Position numbers and translations under genes: made by a program. 13,034 bases of DNA from a virus (taxonomy: Duplodnaviria > Heunggongvirae > Uroviricota > Caudoviricetes): positions 1-13,034 of IMG/VR virus record IMGVR_UViG_2654587571_000008; one strand, 5' to 3'. Positions within the stretch are counted from its first letter, which is position 1; the number at the start of each line of letters is the position of its first letter. Under the pieces are notes generated by a model. That model was not told the DNA's origin. It was given only the letters and a program-made list of their open reading frames with translations, and did not search any database. This document shows, piece by piece, positions 7,237 through 13,034 of this stretch.

Positions 7237-7559
7237 ACTTTCAGGCCCCTCTCATGTAACCAGTGGGCTGCACGCAGCCTGGCGTTTGCCTCACCGGCAA
7301 GCAGTGCGCGGATAATCCCGACCGCCTCGCTGTCGTCGTCCTTCATCGCGGTATGAAGCGTTATCCCCCGGGCCACGCCACGCTTTATCGTGATGACGCC
7401 TTTTTTCTCCAGTGCTCGAAGATGCTCCACCGCTGCATTCACTGAACGGTATCCCAGCATGGTTGCCACCTCCTGATTGGTTGGCGGGAAGCCACGTTCT
7501 TTCTGGTAAGAAATCAGCATATCCAGCACCTGCTGCTGGCATTGAGTTAACGTCGTCAT
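7233..7559 (-). CDS. Standalone LexA N-terminal DNA-binding-domain homolog (no S24 peptidase domain)
   Basis: Residues 1-70 (LTQCQQQVLDMLISYQKERGFPPTNQEVATMLGYRSVNAAVEHLRALEKKGVITIKRGVARGITL) align with the recalled LexA N-terminus, followed by an unrelated 38-aa tail. ATGA overlaps with both neighbouring genes. Confidence 0.7.
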   Translation of the reverse strand: MTTLTQCQQQVLDMLISYQKERGFPPTNQEVATMLGYRSVNAAVEHLRALEKKGVITIKRGVARGITLHTAMKDDDSEAVGIIRALLAGEANARLRAAHWLHERGLKV

Positions 7560-8209
7560 GCAGCCATCTCCCTGACCAGTTTTTCCGCCTGCTGGCGAAC
7601 CTGCGCCAGAAAGGCCTCACCACATGCCTCAAGTTCATCGCGCCCGATGTAGCTGATTGCCGGTCCCTTCCAGGTCTTGTCGAAAACAGCAATAGCACCA
7701 GCGAAGAAAGCGCCTGTCGGCACCTGCTTCTCATCCTTCGGGATAAACCAGGCAGGCAGTTCAAAACCAATACGCCCGCGAATAAAAGCAATATGATCTG
7801 CATCTTCCGGCCACCACACTTCGCTGGTGGCAGCTTTGATCAGGAAAACATAGCGACCGCCTTTATCACGCATGGCACTGGCATGCTTCATGATGTAACG
7901 CATGCCGGTGATGTATTGCCCCTCATGCTGACTGGCGCGGCTGTATGGGGGATTACCAAAGGCAGCACCTTTAAGCTCCGCAAGACGTTCTGACCAGTCA
8001 TGTGCCAGCGCGTTGTCTTCCGCCGTGTAATACGCGGCACATTTGGCGTTATCACCGTCAGTGAACAGATCCAGAACAAACGGACCAAACAGGGTGTTAA
8101 TTCCCCAGAAAATGTTATCCGGCGTGCGCCACTGATCGCCCACTTCCTTCAGTTCATGGGCTGGTTTGTTCCGCAGCTCCACCAGCGCCCGGCAATATTT
8201 ATTACTCAT
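7556..8209 (-). CDS. Phage Dam-type N6-adenine DNA methyltransferase (orphan)
   Basis: FGNPPYS catalytic motif. Start placed at the ATG at 8209, which overlaps the upstream stop as TAATG (the track ORF extends to 8242). Confidence 0.75.
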   Translation of the reverse strand: MSNKYCRALVELRNKPAHELKEVGDQWRTPDNIFWGINTLFGPFVLDLFTDGDNAKCAAYYTAEDNALAHDWSERLAELKGAAFGNPPYSRASQHEGQYITGMRYIMKHASAMRDKGGRYVFLIKAATSEVWWPEDADHIAFIRGRIGFELPAWFIPKDEKQVPTGAFFAGAIAVFDKTWKGPAISYIGRDELEACGEAFLAQVRQQAEKLVREMAA

Positions 8210-8697
8210 TAAGCCCCCACGTAATTCCCTGACAGATACCACTCTTCACCTGATGCAGCCCGCTTGTTGCTTTTCCGTAAACACCGTTCACGACGCGCCA
8301 GAAAATTATTTCGTTCTGGCTGGGAGTGGCTTTCACGGAATGCCGCCATCCACACCGTTGCAGCACGACGGTATAAGCCCCTGGACTCCAGTTCTTCAGC
8401 CTGGCGGGTCAGGCACAAAATCACCCGGGGGTCGTTAGTGCCGACATAGAAATTGCGCACAGGTCTGGTTTCACGAACTGGTTGTGGTTCCGGCTCCTGC
8501 GCTCTCTCAGTCAGGCGCGGGAAATGTCTGCGTGTATCCCCTTCACAACGGTGAGCCACACGCCCACTCTGACGTAACTTGCTTGCTGACTGCAGAACGC
8601 GCTGCCGTGAGTAACCAGCAAAAGCATCTGCAATGTCTCCGGAAGTACACCCCGGATGAGCTTCAATGAATTTCTGAACGTCATTTAACAGACTCAT
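8209..8697 (-). CDS. Putative PerC/ANR-family-like transcriptional regulator with an N-terminal winged-helix-like region
   Basis: C-terminal ESRGLYRRAATVWMAAFRE...RRERCLRK resembles the GLWRRAA..W motif of PerC-type regulators (from memory). Start could be ATG 8697 or GTG 8703. Confidence 0.4.
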   Translation of the reverse strand: MSLLNDVQKFIEAHPGCTSGDIADAFAGYSRQRVLQSASKLRQSGRVAHRCEGDTRRHFPRLTERAQEPEPQPVRETRPVRNFYVGTNDPRVILCLTRQAEELESRGLYRRAATVWMAAFRESHSQPERNNFLARRERCLRKSNKRAASGEEWYLSGNYVGA

Positions 8698-8699
8698 GA

Positions 8700-9641
8700 T
8701 CACCCCCTGAATCCTGCCGGGATCTGGCTGTAGTCCACGTTGTCGTAACTGGATTTGAAGTACGGGTCTTCGCGTTTTTCGGTGTACGTGCTGACGGACG
8801 GCGATAAGCGCAGGGAAAGCTCATCCCATTTTTCCCGCAGCTTCGACGGGCTGAGCACGTTACGGCACCAGAACGGATCGCGGCTGACGCGGCTGTACAT
8901 CTCGCAGATTTGTTTGTGAGTACGACTATCCTGCACACACATCAGGCGAATTTCGTTTGCCCAGGCTGTCCAGTTCGGTTCTTTGGGACGAACCACCTCG
9001 CCGTCACATTCGGCGGCCTGCTCGTACAGGGCGATGATTTTTTTCCAGAGCCACTGTGCACAGGTCAAATCATCCTGCGTTCCCCACTGGCGCTTTTTAG
9101 GGCTGAATACAACCGCATCAGGATGGCGAGTTAAAAACTCCTGTTCAGCCGTCTGCGTGTCCGGTTGCGAAGCGTCCGGACGAGAAGTTTTTTTATCTGA
9201 CGGATCATGTTTTGATTTTACTGACGGATCCCCGCCAGATTCTGACGGGTGAAAACCCGCTTTTTTGCCAGATTTCGACGCATCAAATTTTGACGGGTCA
9301 GATTTTGATGCGTCAGATTTTGACGGGTCAGAATCTGACAGTTGAGAAAATGCCGCTGCCTGAAGCTTCGCAACGTTAAGCTGATAAACATTCGACGCAT
9401 TGCGGTTACCCTGGCGACGCGCCTTACGCGTTAACCAGCCTTCTGCTTCCAGCCGTGCGATAGCCGTTCTGACGGTACTCATCCCCGCGCCAATCTGACG
9501 GGCAATGGTTTCAATTGATGGCCAGCACACACCTTCGTCATTACTGAAATCAGCCAGGCGGGCCATAATTGCCACACTGGATAACTTCATGCCTGATGCA
9601 GCGCAACCATCCCATACATAGCCGGTTAATTTAGTGCTCAT
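8700..9641 (-). CDS. Replication initiator, lambda O-like organisation (N-terminal wHTH, origin iterons inside the gene)
   Basis: 313 aa. N-terminal HTH-like region (WPSIETIARQIGAGMSTVRTAIARLEAEGW). The central low-complexity DPSKSDASKSDPSKFDASKS is encoded by tandem DNA repeats. Confidence 0.65.
   Translation of the reverse strand: MSTKLTGYVWDGCAASGMKLSSVAIMARLADFSNDEGVCWPSIETIARQIGAGMSTVRTAIARLEAEGWLTRKARRQGNRNASNVYQLNVAKLQAAAFSQLSDSDPSKSDASKSDPSKFDASKSGKKAGFHPSESGGDPSVKSKHDPSDKKTSRPDASQPDTQTAEQEFLTRHPDAVVFSPKKRQWGTQDDLTCAQWLWKKIIALYEQAAECDGEVVRPKEPNWTAWANEIRLMCVQDSRTHKQICEMYSRVSRDPFWCRNVLSPSKLREKWDELSLRLSPSVSTYTEKREDPYFKSSYDNVDYSQIPAGFRG
9195..9345. repeat. Iteron array (candidate replication origin) within the initiator gene
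   Basis: Eight or more copies of a TYTGACGG-type unit, including near-perfect 15-bp tandem repeats (gattttgacgggtca / gattttgatgcgtca / gattttgacgggtca at 9301..9345), plus a nearby A/T-rich stretch. Confidence 0.55.
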
Positions 9642-9650
9642 GACCGACCT

Positions 9651-9989
9651 CTATTTCCCTGAATTTACGACGAAACTGTTCGAGCGGACTGAAGCATTCA
9701 TGCTCATAACCTTCGCGGAGGTAGATAACCCGTTGTGTTTCCGGCTCCCAACGAATGACTCTGACGGGCACTCCGTAGTGATCTTTGAACCAGCGGTTAA
9801 CTTGTCGCAAAGGACTGTCTCCTTCTGCCGGTTGAAATCACCCACAGCCCACTCTGCAAAGCTGTGGGTTACAATTTCCCTGTCACCTGGTACATTCACT
9901 GCATAGCAATATTCCACCTTCGCTTTTCCACCCGGTACAGGAAGCGCAATCAGTTGCGAGCGACGGTAGTGTGTTGTTAAACTGTTCAT
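9651..9989 (-). CDS. Hypothetical protein (112 aa) between the CII-like and initiator genes
   Basis: ATGA overlap with the upstream CII-like gene and AGAGG upstream of the following gene. No family recognised. An overlapping plus-strand ORF (9634..9906) makes the strand assignment uncertain. Confidence 0.35.
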   Translation of the reverse strand: MNSLTTHYRRSQLIALPVPGGKAKVEYCYAVNVPGDREIVTHSFAEWAVGDFNRQKETVLCDKLTAGSKITTECPSESFVGSRKHNGLSTSAKVMSMNASVRSNSFVVNSGK

Positions 9990-10543
9990 GCGTTAGTTTC
10001 TCCACAACCAGAAGCAATCGACGCCACGACGCCCGGAGCTGCACACTCGCGGGCGTCATTACTTTCTGAAATGCAAAAGATTTTGTAGACCAGTGCTGCA
10101 TGCTCCTGCAGCTTCGAAATTGAGAGATACAGCTCGTCGTTAATTGCTGTCTTCTCATGCGGTTCCACTACACCGTCTTCGATTGCTGAACGAATCTGTT
10201 TTGAATAACTGCCGATCTGTTCAATGACTTCCAGCAGACGCTGGTTAATATCGGCGTTGTCCACATCCTCGACGTCAGGAAGAGACACAAATACGCCATT
10301 TGCAGACTGCGCCACAGCATCAGCAATGAAGTGAGTGCCACCAGCACGCTGTAAAACCATTGCCCATCCCAGCGGAAAAATCTGATCGCCATCTGCACGA
10401 AGGCGGTTGAATAAAGCGTTCTCTGTTACATCCAGCCAGTCAGCGGCTTCAGCGTAACCACCCGGCAACGCCGCGATAGTTTTTCTGACAGCTTTCACGT
10501 ACCACTCAGGCTGTTTTTCTATTTTCCAGTGATGCTTACCCAC
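9986..10543 (-). CDS. CII-like phage regulatory protein (185 aa)
   Basis: Start placed at GTG 10543, with AAGGAG 6 nt upstream (the track ORF begins at 10648 and would overlap cro). [16 protein letters not shown] resembles CII-type regulators (from memory). Confidence 0.45.
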   Translation of the reverse strand: MGKHHWKIEKQPEWYVKAVRKTIAALPGGYAEAADWLDVTENALFNRLRADGDQIFPLGWAMVLQRAGGTHFIADAVAQSANGVFVSLPDVEDVDNADINQRLLEVIEQIGSYSKQIRSAIEDGVVEPHEKTAINDELYLSISKLQEHAALVYKIFCISESNDARECAAPGVVASIASGCGETNA

Positions 10544-10565
10544 GGCTATCTCCTTAAAACTGTGG

Positions 10566-10814
10566 TTACTTTTCATCTGATGAATCTTTAATCTTTTGAA
10601 AAATATCTGGACGTAATTTTTCTTTTGATATGCCAGTGGTCTTTTCAATGAATATCGAGAGCTTTGCAGGGGGACGCTTTTCTCTGTTCAACCAGTTCCA
10701 GACATGTTGTTGCTTTACTAAATGACCGCTGCTGGCTGTGAGCTTCCGAGCCAATTCTGATTGACCACCAGCCAGAGCGATTGCCTCCGATAAGGCTAAT
10801 TGCTCAGGTGTCAT
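10566..10814 (-). CDS. Cro-like HTH repressor
   Basis: 82 aa with an HTH (QSELARKLTASSGHL). Divergent from the cI-like gene across an operator-rich intergenic region. GGAG Shine-Dalgarno. Confidence 0.7.
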   Translation of the reverse strand: MTPEQLALSEAIALAGGQSELARKLTASSGHLVKQQHVWNWLNREKRPPAKLSIFIEKTTGISKEKLRPDIFQKIKDSSDEK

Positions 10815-10949
10815 AGCTTTCTCCTTTTTTGGTAGTTAAGTTGTTACGAGTTGCAAGAATACAACATTAACAACTTTTATCACAACTTTTAGGTGTTGGA
10901 AAGCTAAAACATAAAGTTGTAACCTCATCAAAAAAGAGAGGGATATGTT
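10815..10949. promoter_or_regulatory. Right operator/promoter region between cro-like and cI-like genes
   Basis: Contains five copies of AAGTTGT/ACAACTT (at about 10838, 10861, 10870, 10882 and 10914) and AGGTGTT. The same sequence blocks recur at 12560..12620. Confidence 0.5.
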
Positions 10950-11636
10950 GTGAAAACACTGGCAGAACGATTAAAGATAGGTAGAGAGAAAGCTGGCATG
11001 AGCCAAGCTCAACTAGCTGAAAAAATTGGACTTTCACAACAATCTGTAGCCAAAATAGAGAATGGCGAAACTCTACAACCGCGCAAAATTAAAGAAATTG
11101 CAAAAGTTTTAGGTGTATCACAAAAGTGGTTACAACTTGGTATTGAAGATAACGCATCCATACCTGATCTTGTTGTAAAAGAAGCAGAAAGCACCGCATT
11201 AGACCCCGATATTTTCGTAAACATTCCTGTTTTAGATGTCGAGTTATCGGCAGGTAACGGATGTCTGGCTGAAATAGTTGAATCAGCTATTGACTGGTTT
11301 CCGTTAAGAAGAGCAGATTTGAGAAAATCTGGCGTATGTGCATCTAATGCCAAGATCGTAAAAATATGGGGGAACAGTTTATTACCGGTTCTCAATAATG
11401 GAGATCTTGTTGCCGTTGATATTTCTCAAACCGTTCCTATTCGTGATGGCGATCTTTATGCCGTACGAGATGGTGTATTGCTAAGGGTTAAAATACTTAT
11501 CAACTTACCTGACGGTGGCTTGATTCTTAGAAGCTTCAACAAAGATGAGTACCCAGATGAAATACTCACCTTTGAAGATAGACGAGCCAGAATTCATGTT
11601 ATAGGTAGGGTATTCTGGTCATCGCGAACTTGGTAA
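10950..11636 (+). CDS. CI/LexA-type prophage repressor (HTH plus S24 peptidase, autocleavable)
   Basis: GTG start with AGAGAGGGA upstream. N-terminal HTH (MSQAQLAEKIGLSQQSVAKIENGE), an Ala-Gly cleavage site (LSAGNG), catalytic Ser (WGNSLLP) and Lys (LLRVKIL). Confidence 0.85.
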   Translation: MKTLAERLKIGREKAGMSQAQLAEKIGLSQQSVAKIENGETLQPRKIKEIAKVLGVSQKWLQLGIEDNASIPDLVVKEAESTALDPDIFVNIPVLDVELSAGNGCLAEIVESAIDWFPLRRADLRKSGVCASNAKIVKIWGNSLLPVLNNGDLVAVDISQTVPIRDGDLYAVRDGVLLRVKILINLPDGGLILRSFNKDEYPDEILTFEDRRARIHVIGRVFWSSRTW

Positions 11637-12509
11637 TGCATCGAAAAGCATTTCTTCAGAAATAATTTTAAGTTTTGCACCATTATCATCCCTATAAGAT
11701 ATAGCTTTTTCGATCTTCCTTCCGTGACTTGAGAATTTCCAATCACGGGAGGAAAGCGTCCCAATTACTAAAAAATCCAACTTTTGAGTAATTCCACTAC
11801 TGATGTTCCCACCAGCATTTTTAATCAAATTTTCAACTACGGCTCTCTTTCCTGCAACAAAAGTGCCTGTAAGACAATAGGTTTTACCCTCTAACTCTAT
11901 CGAAGCCCCTACATCAATAGGCAGCCTGGTCGCCAAACCATCCACCACCCCACTTTCCAAGTCACATCCTGTGAAGTCTACTAATGCCTTATGTAGAGTT
12001 AAACTCTCATCTTCAGTAATAACCCCATCTTTAAGAATTTCCTTTACAAGTGCATAAAGTTTTTTTCCTGGGTAGTTGTTCTTCAAAGCTCCATTTTGCT
12101 CAAGCCACCAATTAAGATATCTTATTTCTTCTTGAGTTAAGTTCCGATCAGCAATTAATCCTTTACATAGTCCATTAAGTAAATGGACATCTACATCCTT
12201 GGAGTAAAAATCAATTTCAGGGATATCAAGAATTTCCCTCTGTATTTGGAGAAGGCTATTTTTAAGGTCATCACGTTCTTCTGATGTGATTATTCCATCC
12301 GCAAGAATATCCGACACCCGTGCTGATAGACTTTTTATAACTCCATTATTGATAATCTGCTTTGCTTCAAGTAACCATGTATCTAAGTAAAGAACCTCCT
12401 CTTCACGGACAACTCCATCTGCAATGATTCCATCAATGATGCTAATCAAGTTAGCAAATAACTTGTCCCGGTTCTGTGTGTAATTAAAAGCGTAAAGCGC
12501 GTCTTCCAT
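11619..12509 (-). CDS. Uncharacterised protein with four N-terminal DG-x-I-T-x-EE repeats (TerB-like?) and a C-terminal BRCT-like domain; candidate superinfection-exclusion/defence gene
   Basis: Start placed at ATG 12509, with AGGAGG 5 nt upstream. C-terminus GKTYCLTGTFVAGKRAVVENLIKNAGGNISSGITQKLDFLVIGTL...AKLKIISEEMLFDAL follows the BRCT pattern of NAD-ligase C-termini. The 3' end overlaps the cI-like gene by 18 bp. Confidence 0.6.
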   Translation of the reverse strand: MEDALYAFNYTQNRDKLFANLISIIDGIIADGVVREEEVLYLDTWLLEAKQIINNGVIKSLSARVSDILADGIITSEERDDLKNSLLQIQREILDIPEIDFYSKDVDVHLLNGLCKGLIADRNLTQEEIRYLNWWLEQNGALKNNYPGKKLYALVKEILKDGVITEDESLTLHKALVDFTGCDLESGVVDGLATRLPIDVGASIELEGKTYCLTGTFVAGKRAVVENLIKNAGGNISSGITQKLDFLVIGTLSSRDWKFSSHGRKIEKAISYRDDNGAKLKIISEEMLFDALPSSR

Positions 12510-12559
12510 ACAACCTCCTTTTTTTGATAATCCTTGCACTCCTTGGCTACTCGTTCAAA

Positions 12560-12625
12560 CCACATAAAGTTGTTGACAACATTCAAAACCACAACTAAAT
12601 TACAACTTAAAGGTGTTAAAACAAC
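12560..12625 (+). promoter_or_regulatory. Left operator/promoter region with a PL-like rightward promoter
   Basis: Consensus -35 TTGACA (12573..12578), 17-nt spacer, -10 TAAATT (12596..12601). An imperfect dyad AAGTTGT-TG-ACAACAT (12567..12582) overlaps the -35. Operator motifs are shared with the right operator region. Confidence 0.5.
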
Positions 12626-12697
12626 GAACAGGCAGGACGCCCACGAAGTAGCCGCCTGGGGCATATGAAGTCCAGGATGATTCGTTAGCAACAAAAA

Positions 12698-12729
12698 AGC
12701 GCCCTACAGGACGCTTAGCTCTTTAACAA
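12698..12729 (+). promoter_or_regulatory. Candidate antitermination (nut-like) site: boxB-like hairpin followed by an rrn-type BoxA
   Basis: Hairpin AGCGCCC-uaca-GGACGCU (12698..12715, one mismatch), then GCTCTTTAACAA (12718..12729), identical to the recalled core of the E. coli rrn BoxA. It lies in the leader between the promoter and the first gene. Confidence 0.45.
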
Positions 12730-12774
12730 TCTGGTCCCCATCAACAAGTAACTGATAACTTGAGGAGGTGTGAA

Positions 12775-12942
12775 ATGCACAAAACAGAACCAAAAATCGT
12801 CGCACCCGGATACACAAATGAGGAAATTTACGAGTGGATGGCAAAGAAGCTGGCAGCTATAAACCAGCTTCGTGAAGTGCTGTCTTATCGACAGGAAACA
12901 ATAGACTCCTTAAAAAAACTGGATCAGGAAATCACGGTTTGA
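12775..12942 (+). CDS. Small ORF (55 codons) of unknown function, probably 3'-truncated by the IS; stop codon supplied by the IS terminus
   Basis: Strong AGGAGG Shine-Dalgarno 6 nt upstream of the ATG. The TGA at 12940..12942 is the first three bases of the IS end. Confidence 0.45.
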   Translation: MHKTEPKIVAPGYTNEEIYEWMAKKLAAINQLREVLSYRQETIDSLKKLDQEITV

Positions 12943-13034
12943 TCCTACCCACGTAATATGGACACAGGCCTAAGCGAGGTTCTGGTTTTCAAATTGTTCC
13001 GGACTGAGGCCGCCACACCAACTGTGCCGCCGCC
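12940..13034 (-). mobile_element. Terminal 95 bp of a second, inverted IS3-family copy; body lies outside the window to the right
   Basis: Exact reverse complement of 4..98. The window ends inside the element. Confidence 0.75.
12970..13034 (-). CDS. IS3-family transposase (OrfB) C-terminal fragment; 5' end outside window
   Basis: Mirror image of 1..68, with the stop codon TAG at 12972..12970 on the minus strand. Confidence 0.7.
   Translation of the reverse strand, partial: RRHSWCGGLSPEQFENQNLA

Noticed and set aside
7291-7993. Alternative-frame ORFs (7291..7803 minus, 7412..7993 plus) and other overlapping track ORFs such as 582..854, 737..1021, 2324..3011, 4151..4416, 5006..5928, 6072..6887, 8000..8449, 8681..9400
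   Set aside because: They lie inside or antisense to ORFs with clear family signatures and coupled starts. Their translations are low-complexity or Arg/Ser/Pro-rich, typical of shadow frames in GC-rich coding DNA.
10544-10648. Longer N-terminus for the CII-like gene as given in the ORF track (start at 10648)
   Set aside because: It would overlap cro by about 80 bp. A GTG at 10543 has a strong AAGGAG ribosome-binding site.
99-12939. The two truncated ORFs at the IS junctions being halves of one gene split by a single insertion
   Set aside because: The IS copies are inverted relative to each other, the junction bases do not form a 3-4 bp target duplication (GTT versus GAG), and the two fragments differ in base composition.
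12958-13034. Outward-facing ORF beginning MDTGLSEVLVFKLFRTEAATPTVPPP inside the terminal repeat (mirrored at 1..80 on the minus strand)
   Set aside because: The opposite strand encodes a recognisable IS3-type transposase C-terminus ending at a stop codon. This ATG has no Shine-Dalgarno and is more likely a shadow frame within the IS end.
1-13034. The whole window as a linear element with terminal inverted repeats (tectivirus-like or telomere phage)
   Set aside because: The repeats contain a transposase 3' end and IS-type TGA...TCA termini, and the gene content is lambdoid with no protein-primed polymerase or telomere resolvase.

Overview
The window is a lambdoid prophage segment flanked by two inverted copies of an IS3-family insertion-sequence end (1..98 and 12940..13034, a 95-bp perfect inverted repeat). 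Each IS junction truncates an ORF. Between them, almost everything is on the minus strand in lambda-like order: a cro-like gene, a CII-like gene, a replication initiator with internal origin iterons, a nin-like operon (PerC-like regulator, Dam-type methyltransferase, standalone LexA DNA-binding-domain homolog, RusA, KilA-N protein, DUF968-like protein), a Q-like antiterminator, a late promoter/terminator region, AT-rich cargo genes, a second DNA methyltransferase, and the lysis cassette (holin, lambda-R-type endolysin, Rz/Rz1). An autocleavable CI/LexA-type repressor is on the plus strand. No integrase, terminase or structural genes, and no tRNA, rRNA or CRISPR, were seen. The most interesting candidate is a 296-aa protein convergent with and overlapping the repressor gene, carrying four N-terminal DG-x-I-T-x-EE repeats and a C-terminal BRCT-like domain; it sits in the classical superinfection-exclusion position. 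Other points worth follow-up are an rrn-type boxB-boxA element in the leftward-operon leader, the LexA-domain homolog together with an SOS-box-like palindrome at the methyltransferase start, and an uncharacterised 176-aa cargo gene. All calls rest on reading the sequence and recalled family signatures; no database search was run.
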